Source: Protoeuglena noctilucae
Lineage: Eukaryota
Assembly (NCBI GenBank): GCA_958009085.1
Contig: OY253668.1
Coordinates: 1,488,001-1,552,000 of the forward strand
Direction: 5' to 3'
DNA length: 64,000 nt
The position numbers were made by a program, and so were the translations under genes. Below, in pieces: positions 1-12,148 of the stretch (positions within the stretch are counted from its first letter, which is position 1; each line of letters opens with the position of its first letter). The notes below the pieces were generated by a model. That model did no database searches. It worked only from the letters and a program-made list of their open reading frames with translations, and had not been told where the DNA came from.

Positions 1-69
1 GTGACTATATATCAGGTTGCCTCGTAACACATGCAAGATTGCGAGCGCCCTCCCCCTGCCCTCCCCAGG

Positions 70-3000
70 AGCTTCACGACAAGTGCAAGAGCAGCAGTTT
101 CACGCCCGCCGAGGGCATCAAGTCCTACAGCGCCCTGACGCAAGACACCAAGGAGTGGGTGGAGCAGGAGGGGCAGCCCTGCAGCGGGGAGCGTCTGCTG
201 CTCATCTACGATCGGTGGCGCAAGCTGCACAAGGCGCTCTACCTTCCCAAGAAGGGGCTCTTCGACATCTCCAAGATCCCAGACATCTACGACATGGCCA
301 AGGTGACATGCTTGACGCTAGCATATGTGGCATGGCCAAGGTGACTTTGGGTGTGGGTGTGGGTGTGTGGGCGTGGGTGTGGGTGCGTGTAACTTCTGAC
401 ACAGGTGAGCAAGTTTACAGCTGGCGAGTTAACTGCGGATGTGCTATCGTGTGCCACCCCCGCAGTACGACGCCGTGCACAACAGCCACATGGGCCTCAC
501 CAGGCTCCACGACGTGTACGGTCTGTCCAAGGTCCTGGCCAACGCGGTGGTCCCCAACGAGTACGGCATCACCGACAAGCAGAAGCTGTCCATCGGATCC
601 AAGGCGAGTGAGATGGCTCATATTAGAAGCAAGAGTTGTTGATCAGATCCAAGGCGAGTGAGATGCGTGGTAGCCAATACCAAAGCAAGAGATGTCGATT
701 GGATTCAAGGGGAAGGGTAGCGTGAGTGAAGAAGGGAGCCCGCACATGAGTGGGGGCTGCCTGGGATCGCCAGTCATTGCCAGTCGAGTAACGGCAGACG
801 TGATAAGAGCTCACGAGGCCAAGTGACAGCCCCCCTCGCGTGCCGCAGATCGCGGAGCAGCTGCTGGCCAAGGTCCTGACGGACCTGGACAACACCAAGA
901 GCGAGAGCGTGAGCACGGCGGGGCAGGAGGGGTCGGCGGCGGGGATGACGGTGGAGGACTCCCGGGCGGCGCACCTGGCCCGGAGGTACGACGAGGAGGC
1001 CATAGAGCCGCCGGTACAGGTCAAGGGCGAGGTGCCGGAGGGGCTGTCGGACTCGGAGGTGGGTGCGGGGCGGGGTGGGGTGACATGGGTGGCGGGGGTC
1101 GTTGGGGTAACAGGGGTCCACCAAGTGCTACCGAGTGTTACTGAGTTCTTCCTTTCACCGGTACTCGCCATCTCACCCCCCTCGATGCTTCCCCCGCCCC
1201 CAGGAGTCCCGGGGCGATGAGCTGGAGTCGATGCACCGGCTGTGCCCCACGTACGCGGACGGGGTCAACACGCCCCTGCGCCACGTGCGCACGAGGATCT
1301 ACTTTACCTCGGAAAGCCACTTGCACTCCCTCGTCAACGTGCTGCGGTGAGGGACAGTCTCGGCGCATTAGACATGCTGCAGCACTCGTTCACTGTTTGC
1401 GACCCTCCAGCACCCACACACGCACACGCTCGCTGCTTTCGAGGTTCCTTCACCCGCACTCACTGATACGACCACTTGCCTACCTTCTGCAACTCCCCAC
1501 ACCTGCGCTTTCCATCACCATCGCCATCGCCATCGCCCATTCCTGCAGGTACGTGCACCTGGGCAGGGATGACCTCGGGGATAACGACCGCCTGGTGAGC
1601 GACCAGGCGCGGACCATCATGTCCGAGGAGGTGCAGGAGCTGGATTACCTGAGTCAGGTCGTCTTCTGCATGTACGAGAACAAGCGCGTCCCCATCGACG
1701 ATCCCCGGAGGTTCCGAGTAGAGATACTCTTCTCACCCGGTGAGCGGCGAGTGATGGAATGTATATTGATAGATTCCCTGGCACTGGCAGGTGCCGCGTC
1801 TTCACCAGTGCCGACATGCAACTAGCCTGTCGCAACTAGCCTGTCGTGGCTGTCGAGTCGCCCGTCAGTCACCCACCGACCCTACGCCACTCTATGGCCT
1901 CGCTCCGCACCCGCGACCCCCCTCAGGCGCCGCGTACAACCCCTACGAGTGCAAGCCCGCGGACCACGTGCTTCCCACGGCCGGGCGCATCCCGCTGCAC
2001 CCGGGTGCGGGTGTGACCCTCGACGACCTGCAGCGCCTGCTGGGCCCGATCGCCACGTCTGCCGCGTCCCCGAAGGACAAGGAGAAGGAATCGAAGGAGA
2101 AGGAGTCTAAAGAGAAGGACAGGGACACCCGGGAGGGGAGGGAGAGGGAGGTGGGGTCGACAAGGGCGTCGGACTCCGGGTGAGAACTTAGTCTACGCAT
2201 GGAGGGTGGTGAAGAGAGGGGTGATGCGGCTGTGGGTGAAGTTGGGGCGAGTGGGAGCCCCACTCCTTGCACCAGACCTATATGGGAAGGAATGACGGCG
2301 ACACGAGGAGGGGTAGTTGGGTACTGTCACCCACAGTACCAGTACGGTGTGCGAGCCTGCCAGTCGCGCCCACCTCTGCCTCGCCCCTCCTTGTGCTCTG
2401 CCTATTCCCAGGTGCACCGTGCCCGCCACGCCCACCCTCCCCATACGCGACGTCCCGCAGGCGCGCCAAGCTGCAGAGGGCGGTGACGACCATCATCGCC
2501 GCCCACCGCCTGCGCAACCTGGCCGCTTCTCGGTCCAACACGCCACGCCGGTCGGAGGCACAGATGGACGAGGCGGGGGAGCGAGAGGAGCGAAAGCTGG
2601 CCTCCGTGCGAAGGTGGGCATCGGCAGTGGCAGAGGAAGGCGGAGGGGTCGGGCACTTGGGAAACTGGTGGTGACGGAGCGTGCGCATGCAATTGATGGT
2701 CTCTTGTCAGCAGCCGCGCGCCCCAAGCGCCCATCAGCAGCTCCATTCTCGCTCGCCATTCCTCAGTTTGTCTGATGCCAAAGCATTGCCCCGCATGCTC
2801 CGTGCCCCCAGCGCGCCCATCGACACGATGGACGTCGTCCGGGCCCTGGGCGTCGTGGAGAGTGCGCCGAGGGACGCCGTGGAGGCCCCGCGCGCCGCCA
2901 GGGGAGGCTCCGAGGAGGAGATGGACGCGGACGCGCTGGCCCGGCTGCCGAGCGACCGGGGCGACCAGAGCGACGGCGACAGCGAGGGGGCGTCGCCACG

Positions 3001-3811
3001 CATGACCACCAAGGACCTCACGGCCGTCGCGGACCGCCTCCAGGCCGCCAGCCACGACCCGGGGCTCGGGACGGGGACGGTGCCGTCTCCCCAGGGGTGG
3101 GGCGTGCGAAGCCCCGTGCGGGCGCTGTCAGAGGTGAGCGGGGATGTTGGGTGCGGGGCCGGTGAGCGATGCGAATAGGGAGGGGTGAGCACTGGTGAAG
3201 GTGATTGGGGCAGCGACCAGTCGGTCCCTGTGTATGCGTCATTGCGTCGACGGCAGTTGCGCTTCCCTCGACGCCCGAAGGCCGCCCAGACCATTATAAA
3301 GCCGCCGACAACCAACAGGATGCCGCTCTCGTGACCACCGCAGCGCACGCGATCGAACGTGGAGCCGCGGGACGGCGACGAGGGCGGCCCGCAGGCACCG
3401 CAGGGCCCGCCGGACTTAGACGACTGGGGCGGGGATGCGCCGGAGGAGTTATCGCCCACCACCAAGCAGGCCCATGACATTGCGATCGAGCTGCAGGTGA
3501 GCGAGGGCCATGCATGGCCATGTGTGAGGTGTCCCGGCCCTATCCCATGCACCGTATCGACCGTGGCTTGTGTCATCGTGCAAACAACTCTTCGTTGTGC
3601 TTTTGTGATGAGAACCGCGCCCTCACGTTTCCGTTCCCACAATGTCATCGTCTGCCTCACGCGACCCTCGCAGCTGCGTCTGGCACGCCAGCACGACCTC
3701 CACTTGGCAAGGACCCCGGTCCGCTTATCACGAAATGAATCGGGCACGCACGTGACCGCCCCGAGCCGCACCACGTCGCAGTCCTCGCCCCGCGGGGCGT
3801 CGCCCAAGTGA
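70..3811 (+). CDS. VIP1: Inositol hexakisphosphate/diphosphoinositol-pentakisphosphate kinase (PPIP5K/VIP1/VIH): C-terminal histidine-acid-phosphatase-like region plus low-complexity tail; 5' part lies outside the window
   Basis: Spliced exons give [68 protein letters not shown] and [26 protein letters not shown]. Downstream exons (~2461-2613, 2768-3133, 3344-3496, 3674-3811) join in frame to TGA at 3809-3811. Confidence 0.92.
349..388. repeat. (GGGTGT)n-like microsatellite in an intron
   Basis: gggtgtgggtgtgggtgtgtgggcgtgggtgtgggtgcgt. Confidence 0.75.
596..715 (+). repeat. Degenerate ~50-bp tandem repeat spanning an exon/GC-donor junction
   Basis: gatccaaggcgagtgagatg at 596-615 and 646-665; aagcaagag also occurs twice; a third decayed start gattcaagggga near 702. 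Confidence 0.75.
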
Positions 3812-4242
3812 CAGTAACCCAGTTGAAAGCGAGGACGGGGCACGGCTGTGCTGGGCATGCGCGAGGCCCGTGTCGCTTCCAGCAGCAAGGAGAGTTCAAG
3901 TCTGTCGCTAGTGCGCGTGTGATAGTACGCGTGGAAGCGCCATGCGGCGCCGAGTCTCGTGAAGACACCCCAAGCTGACGGATGGGTGGGCGCAAAGGCG
4001 GCGCCACACAACGTGGCGCATCATTATTGGCCGGTGCTCCCGGATAGAACACACGCGTGAAACTTGAGAGGAATGAGCTGCGTCAGACAGGGCGGGACGT
4101 CGGCAGGGGGCATCAAGCAACGTCTCCTAAACCTGCGTCATGCCACGACAAGCAGACGAAGGGCGGTAGGCCATCACTCGCGGCCCCGCCTGGTAATCTT
4201 CATTCCTTGCAACACAACGGCGAGCTCGAACAGACTCCGAGC

Positions 4243-5561
4243 TCACGTCCGGGCCCGCTTGGCATCCCGCCCTCTCCGCGACCCATCGCCCCCGTCCTGC
4301 ACCCCACCCTCCGACTCCCGCGCACCCACACCCTTAGGCCCCACTCCCTGCGCCACCTCCTGCCCGGCGCTGTCCCCGCTGTCCGTGCCTTCCTCCGTGC
4401 TGCCCCCTTCCGCGGCCTCCCTGCCCAGCCCCGCCGCCGACGGCTGTGCGGAATCCCCAGCTCCGCCCTGGGACGGCGTCTGCGAGCGCGGGCGGGAGGC
4501 CATCGCGTGCGCATGCAGATGATGGATACGATCGAGGCACCTTGAGCATCGACAGCCACTGCCGCCATGACACAGACCCGTCCGGCACGTGTGCGCAACG
4601 CCAGACCCTCACCGCCTTCCCCGACCCCTTGGCCGCGCCCCTCTTGGCCTCGTTACCCTTGGCCTTGGCGGGGTCTTCGATCGGGATGGCCGAGCCGTCT
4701 CGCAGCACCGCCTCGTCCACCTGGGACGCGGGATCCCACCCCGTGCCGTGACGCGGGTGCGACCCTGCTGCCTCAAACACCCGGCGCTCCAGGGTGAAGA
4801 CGTACTGCAACACCTCCTCTAGGAACTTGGCCGTGTTGGCGCGCTCCGAGTGCGGCACGATCTCCCTGCGTGCGGGGCAAGTCACAGGCCGTGCCGCCAA
4901 GGGCGGTACGTGCTCTGCTCTGCCGAACCGCGCCGCGCTCAGCCGCGGTCGCTGCGCGAGCTGTCGCCGCATCGGCAGTGCCTCGGACTTCCCACAAGTG
5001 CGCGGTGCGCAATGCCCGAGTGCCGCTCGGGCCATGGCTGCCGTCGTGGCTGTGGCGTCACCTGAGCTTGTCGAGCCGTTCGTTGATCCTCGTCCGCCTC
5101 CGCTGCTCGGCCGCCTGGTGCCGGGACGCGTACATCGCGGATCCCTTGGTTTCCCCCGACCTTGCGGACCGGGCGGGCGCAGGGGCGCCGGAAGCCACCG
5201 GGGCTGCGGCGGACGGTGCGGCCCACGTCACTTGGCTCCCGCTCAGCGGCATGCTGGGCCCGGCGCTCCCCACCGTCGCGTCCCTGACCCTCGTTCCCCG
5301 GCTCTGCTCTTGCAACGTCTGCGGGCGCAGTGACGGGATCGCGTCACACTTGGGTCATTGCGCGACGGCATGGCGGGATGCGGCATAATGGCCCTGGCTG
5401 AAATCAGCAGGCACCTGGATGTGAGCGAGCGAGGTGGCTTGCCCGACGGGCGCGGAGCCGAGGCCGTGCTGCATCATGGCCAGCTGGCTAAGCATATCCA
5501 GGGGCGGGAAGGTCCCAGGAACCGGAAAAGGACGAGTGGCTGCCAGGCGCAAAGGGTCCAT
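4243..5561 (-). CDS. bHLH transcription factor (BIM-like)
   Basis: ATG 5561 (MDPLRLAA); basic-HLH YASRHQAAEQRRRTRINERLDKLR|EIVPHSERANTAKFLEEVLQYVFTLE; last exon TPSQGGAGD.. ends at TGA 4243. Confidence 0.85.
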
Positions 5562-6757
5562 TGAAGACACTGCAGCGGATTGATCGGGAGAGGGTCGTCG
5601 CAGACACGTGCGCGGAAGGGTGACGAGCGCGGCGAAGCGCGGAGCGGCGCGCACCGGATGAGGGGTGGAAGTGGTGCACCGGCGGAGCAGCGCTGTAAAG
5701 CATCGTTGCAGGATCTCTGACGTCTGCGAGCCGGCCGGGGGAGCGAGGGGCGTTGCGTGGCGCGCCGAGCGCATTTTCTAGGTGTCGAGAACGGCCGGCG
5801 GCGGCGGCGGCGGCGGGGGTGTCCGGTTGCATGGCAGCACGGACGTCCAGGGGAAGCATGCGATGGCGGCCCGGTCGAGGCGGCGAAAGGCCCCCCGCGA
5901 TGGCGCCATTGGGACATCAGGAAGGCAAGATCAATGCACAGCGGGCCCGCAAGGGCTTCCATGCTGTTCCTCCCTGAGGAATCCATGCCGTCCTCGCCAC
6001 AGGCCCACCCAGGCGGCGCTAACTCTCTTGCAAGGAAGCATGAAGGAGCGCACATGCCCGCGGCGTGGCGCTAGACAGTTAATCATCAAGAGCCGCCAAT
6101 GGGAGGCGATGGGATGGGTCATGTCCCAGCAATGGCCGCGACGGCGTGCCCGGGGGCCCCGGCAACCGTTCAGAATCGCAACCTCATGGCACCGACACAG
6201 CGACGACTCGCCCCAATGGGCGCCTCACCAAGGATAGGCTGCCCAGAGGTCACATTGGGGAACGGCGGTCCCGGAGGCCGAGAAGAGGGAGCCGCCATGC
6301 TGATCTAATGGATATATGACACGACGAGCATGAAAATGCGGGGACAGTGTGTTGGACGACGAGATCCGACCTCCCGGACCACGCCCCAGGGTCAAGCAGG
6401 GCAATGTAGGGAGTGGGGGACGCAGACGCGAAGAAGTGATCGCACACGAGGGCGAGGCCGCGAAACAGTTTTGGTGCGTTCTGACGGGAGGGCAAACCCA
6501 CCAGACTGGGCGAGCAGAAGCAGCACGCATCGAGCATGGCTGGCCCAGATTGCGCGGAACGCGACATCAGATTGCATGACTTCGTCTCGCACGACGCGGC
6601 TTCGTTGCTCCAAAGTGCCTTTCGAGCCAGTTTTCCTGTCCTGGCCATCCAGCTAGCTCTGTGACGGGCCGATAGTACAAGGACTGGCTCCTGGGGACGG
6701 AGGCGCTGGGCGAGGAGGTCACTACTCCCAGCGGGAGCGCAGGGCGTGGGGGGCACG

Positions 6758-8304
6758 ATGTCTGGGATAGGGACGGGGGTGAGATCCCGCCCGCGATGAA
6801 AATAACTCGGCTGTCATCAGGCACCCTCGCGCGTCAAGGCGCACTTGCGAGTCGCCAGGCACCCAGCTGGGGCTCGAAAGTCTTCACCGCGTGTGTCGTG
6901 CCTTTTCAGCGCAGCGAGCCCCCGCTTGGAAAAGGATAGGCGTCGCATAGCTAGCAAGCGCGACATGGATGCTATGATGCGCCGCTCGCCGCCCCTTTCG
7001 GCCCTGTGGTTTCGGGAGTTCGCGCGCAAGTGCTCCATGGCCTCCCTCGTCCACAGTACGACCTCTCCACGACGACCTACTCGCCGGACGGCAAGGTCTT
7101 TCAGATCGAATACGCGCAGAAGGCCGTGGACAACGCCGGGTGAGGCAGCGGGCACCGCGCCATGGTACGCTCTTCGCGTCCAGATCCCCGCCGGACGCCT
7201 CGAGATGCGCGCCCGCGGCCGCAGGACTGCCATCGGGCTGCGATGCCGCGACGGCGTGGTGGTCGCTTGCGAGCGCCTCGTGCAGAGCAAGATGCTGGTG
7301 GCCGGTTCGCAGCGTGCGGTGTACCCGGTGGACCTGCACGCGGGCTTGGTGGTGACGGGCCTCGCTCCGGACGGCCGACAGGTGCGAATCGACCGTTGGC
7401 CTGCATGGCGGGGCCGCATACCCCCCGGTCTGCTCGGCCGGCACCTCTCAGAACCTGACGGTGCTTTGCCGCAGATCGCCGACCGGGCGCAGGCCGAGTG
7501 CCGGCAGTGGAAGGAGTTTTACGGAAGCGAGATTTCGGGCAAGGTCCTCAGCGACCGGTTGGGGGCCTTCATGCACATTTACACCCTGGCGTGGTACTTG
7601 AGGCCTATCGGGGCCTCCTCGCTGCTCGCCGTGTACGGCAGGGACGGTCCTGAGGTGCGTGCGTTCACGGTCTCGTCATTCCCAACGCGGCTGCCCTTGT
7701 CAGCTCCTAACATAGGCCATGGGGGCGTGTGATGCCTGCTTGCGTGGCCCCGCGCAGCTTTACGTCGTGGAGCCTTCCGGGACGGCCTACCGCTTTTTCG
7801 GGGCGGTGGCCGGCAAGGGCAAGCAGGCGGCGAAGACCGAGATCGAGCGTCTCAACCTCAAGGAAATCACCTGCCGTGAGGCGGTCCGCGAGATTTGCAA
7901 GATCCTAAGGGGGCTGCGCGAGGAGGAGAAGGCGTACGAGATCGAGATGGGCTGGGTGTGCGACGAGACCAACCGGCGCTTCCAACGGGTACCCAAGGTG
8001 GGCAAATGGGCGGGCCTGAGGCGGAGGGGTGGGGCAATAAGGTGGGGCCCCGGGGTGGGCCGAGGAGGCTCAAAGTGGTCTTCCCAGAAGGGCCTGTCCC
8101 TGTGCTCCGGAACCTCTGTTTGCGGCACTAGGCCGGCCGAAGTGAGCAGGCTCAGCCCATGTGTTGGCACGTCGGACGGTCCAGCCATGTCGGGGCCATG
8201 ACGGTGCGGCTATGCAACGCAACATTCGGTGCTCCCAGGAGCTCGTAGACGAGGCAGATGCGGCGGCCAAGGCAGCCCTGGACTCGGACATGGAGGACGA
8301 TTGA
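6758..8304 (+). CDS. PSMA3: 20S proteasome subunit alpha type-3 (alpha7)
   Basis: Exons 6758-6778, 7057-7139, 7225-7381, 7475-7654, 7758-7997, 8239-8304: [67 protein letters not shown]. Confidence 0.95.
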
Positions 8305-8620
8305 AGGTGGGCAGGGCAGAGACAGCACGTGCCATGCGTCTAGAGGCTCGCGCGCGTTCGTTGCCACGCGCCGTTTCGCAAAGCAGCCCTTGAAGTTATA
8401 AGCTGTCGCGTCCGTTTCGGGGCCCCGCGCGGGCTTGTGACGTTCCGACTGGCGCGCCCTTCGGGGCCGTCAGGACAGCATTGCACGATGCGATCGGCGC
8501 ACGCGCAGCATCACCACTTATTGAGTGAGACGACGGCTCTCTCTAGAGGTGAACCCGTTCATTCGCTCGCGGAGGCGTCACTCGCGTGCTCGCGGGGCCG
8601 CACCGCACGTTCGGCAGCTC

Positions 8621-11600
8621 ATGGCTCAGGCGAGGGCGTGCGCTTTTGAGATCCGGAACTCGCTTCGCGTGGGATATTTGCGTGTTCACCTGTCGAGGCG
8701 TGCGTGGCTGAGCCTGGTGCACCCGTTGCGCCGTCCCACCGGGTCAATATCTGGATCTGTTCCGGTGGTGTCGCCCTTGCGGCAGCGGGGGACGTCCCCC
8801 GGGGCTCGTGACGTGACCGCGCTCCCTGGCATCGAAGCCGACGTCCCGTGCGCCGCGATCGCCGCAGACATCGGCGCAGTGTCCACCCCAGGGCCAGGCC
8901 TGGGCAGCCCCACGGCCACGAGCTCCGCGCGGGTTCTCCTGCACCGGCCGAGCACCGACGCCGCGGTCCGCGTCGAAGATGATTCGGGACGTGCGGCAGC
9001 ATGCGGGCTCGAAGAATGCGGCGTTCGATTTCGGAGGCGTGAAGGACCTGCGCCCCGGGTCGACGATGGCCCCCAGTTACGGCAGCCCGCCGCCGAATCC
9101 GGACAAAGGGCGTCGCGCTGGCATCGTGCTGCACCCCACGTCACTTCCGGGGCCTTACGGAACGGGCGACATGGGCCCGGACGCCCTCAAGTTCGTCGAT
9201 TGGCTGGCCGCAGCGGGGATGCAAGCGTGGCAGGTGGGCGCAGCGCCCGGCCGACGCCGATCACGCCGGAGGCGTCGAGCCGGCCATCAATCAGTCGCGC
9301 ACTGACCGTCCCCCCCCGCCCGCTCCCTCCCCTGGCCAGGTGCTGCCCCTCGTACCCCCGGAGCGCCAGTACTGGTCGCCTTACTCTGGGGAGGACGGCC
9401 TGTGCGGCAACACCCTGCTGATCAACTTAGAGCTCCTGGTCAAGGACGGCCTCTTGGCTGGATCCGACCTGCCCCCGGTGCGGTGCCCGACTGCGGCAGC
9501 CTAACAGCTGGGACACGGTGCAGACAGCTGGCCGTGCCATCAGCCATCTTCGCAGAGCCTCACGCGCCCGTAAGTGACTCCGTGAAGTCACCGGGCCCAC
9601 TTGCGTATCCCCACCCCTGATGGCTCACAGGCATTGCCGGAAGAGGACGCGTCTGGGCGTGCACTGAAGTGCGACTTCGAGGCAGCGGCGAAGATCAAGG
9701 ACCCGCTGCTGGCCAAGGCGGCCCGGAAGCTTGTGGACGGCGTTAACAAGGCGATGGCCAAGGACATGGCCGCATGGCGGAAGGCCAACGCCTGGGTGGA
9801 GGACAGCGCTGTCTTCCATGCCATCAGCACACAGGTGGGCCAGCATGGGACGATGGAATACGCCGTACTTGCCGCGCCAGCCGCGGTGCGCACCCTCCTG
9901 CCAGCGTGCTTGCGCTGGCTGCATGATGCGATGCGTGTGCGCGCTGTGTTCGCAGGAGCCGGAGTGCATTGGAAAGGACTGGTGGGACTGGGAGCCTGGG
10001 CTGCGGGACCGGAAGCCCGAGACGATGACGGCCGTGAAGTGAGTCCCACGCTTGGTCGTCACAGACTTGTCCTTGACTGCTGGTGCAGGTCAGATGGGAC
10101 GCTGGTGGGTCGCACTGGTTGCATTGCTTGCACTAAAGCACTGGCTCGCATACCCTTGCAGGGAGAAGTACCGGGGGCTGATTGACGAGTTCGTTGCCAA
10201 GCAGTTCCTCTTCTACCGCCAGTGGGCGCGCATCCGCCAGTACGCCAACAGCAAGGGCATCAAGATTATCGGGGACATGCCCATCTACGGTGAGCGGATT
10301 AGTTACGAGAGAATTACGAAGCGTACTCAAACCTGTCCGATGCTCTTGTGGAGACCCGCTGCCTTCCAGCCAGCTTCACGGCACGTTTGCTCCGCCGCCC
10401 ACCTTCCCGCCCCCGCTCCCTTGCCATGTCACCCGCTGTGCCACCCCCCCCAGCTGATTGCTTGACCTTCCCTGTTCCCTCTCGCCTAACAGTGGGCGGC
10501 AACAGCGCCGACGTGTGGGCGTACGCGGACCTCTTCGAGCTTGGCCCAGACCGCAAGCCTCTGCTTGTCTCCGGGGTGCCCCCGGACGCGTTCAGCGAGA
10601 CGGGGCAGCTGTGGGGGAGCCCGCTGTACGACTGGCAGGCTCACGACAAGGACGGATACCGCTGGTGGGTGCGGAGGATGCGGCAGAGCCTAGAGGCGTG
10701 CGACGAGTTACGCGTCGACCACTTCCGGGGGTTCGCGGGGTACTGGGCCGTGGAGGCGACGCGGGAGACGGCGATGATTGGGGAGTGGAAGGCGGGGCCG
10801 GGCACGAGGTGAGGCGGGGCCAGCGCTGGCGTCGGTGTAGGAGCGCCGGCCGTTGCCCCGTGCTGTTCTGAAGTCGCGACCCAACAGCATGTTGGCTCCG
10901 CAGGCTGTTTGAGGCGCTCAGGAGAGAGGTCGGGGAGGTGCCCATCCTGGCTGAGGATCTAGGCGTGATTACCCCGGACGTGCATGAGCTGCGGAACGCG
11001 ATCGGGGCTCCGGGGATGGTCGTGCTGCAGTTCGCATGGGGGGGTGGCCCGACCAACACGCACCTCCCGCACAACCACTACGAGAACTGCTTCGCCTACC
11101 CCGGGACGCACGACAACGGTGAGTGGTGCTCAACATGGCGCTGCATGGGTTAGTGCAATTGGTCACCAGGGCCGCAGTTGACAATCCTGCCTTCCGTCGG
11201 CGCAGACACGACGGTAGGCTGGTGGAAGCGCATCCCAGAGGCGGAGCGGATCATGCTGCGGCGCTACCTGGGGACGTCCGGGGACGACATCGCCTGGGAG
11301 CTGACGCAGGCGTGCTTCGCGAGCGTGGCGCGCACCGCCATCGTGTGCATGCAGGACGTGATGCGACTGGACAACGAGGAGGGGCGCATGAACACCCCCG
11401 GTACCAAGGAGGTGCGTGAGGCTGGCGGGTGCCCGGCCGCACGTTGACTGACCCATCGATTGCGACGCATGCGTGTGTCGGACTGTCTGTTAGGACAGGG
11501 TTTGCAATGGAGCTGACTACAGTTGGGTTCTCGCAGAACAACTGGCGGTGGCGCATGGGGTCCCGGAAGGTGCTCGATCGGCTGGCTCCCGAGGCGCGTG

Positions 11601-11734
11601 CGCTGCGGCGGCTGGCGTACCGATACGACCGACTGGCTCCCGGCACTCCGTCAGTGGCGGACGAGGGCCCGCTGGAGGCGAGCGTGCCCGTGAACGGCGG
11701 GGCGCGGACGGCGGCCGCGGCCGGACGGGGCTGA
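8621..11734 (+). CDS. DPE1: Plastid 4-alpha-glucanotransferase / disproportionating enzyme (GH77, amylomaltase)
   Basis: RRAGIVLHPTSLPG, GIKIIGDMPIY|VG.NSADVW, SGVPPDAFSETGQLWGSPLYDW, RVDHFRGF, ILAEDLG, YPGTHDN|DT, RMNTPG, NNWRWR. Start is tentative (MAQ|TSAQ.. transit-peptide-like). Confidence 0.93.
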
Positions 11735-12148
11735 GGCTCGCCCCGCTCGCGCAGCGTTGGCGGTGTTGGTGCTGTCGCGCCTGCATGGCCCAGGAAGACG
11801 CATCTGTGCCATGTGCAAGAGACACTCGGTTCGTCCAGAGCCTAGCTGGTTTGTTGTTTCAAAGGGATCCATCGCTTTCAAGTGCCGGGGACGCTCCAGT
11901 GGCCACGCCTGGGTACCAGGCAGCCGGGCCAGCTCTCTCAAAGCACAGCAAACATGGTCACGCCTGGATGCGCCTCTTTGTGTCCAGGACAGCAGCAGCT
12001 ACAGGCAGCGTCCTAGTGTGGTCCACGCCTACGCAAAGAGAGCCCTCGGGGCTCTGCAAGGTCCAACGCTGTAATATCCAAGCAGCATCGATGCCGATAC
12101 CAGCACTTCCTTCGGAGCCTCTCAGCGGGCGTCCTCATACGCGGCGCC

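Noticed and set aside
3605..3672. GTGATGA box-C-like motif in an intron
   Set aside because: No downstream box D (CTGA) or terminal stem.
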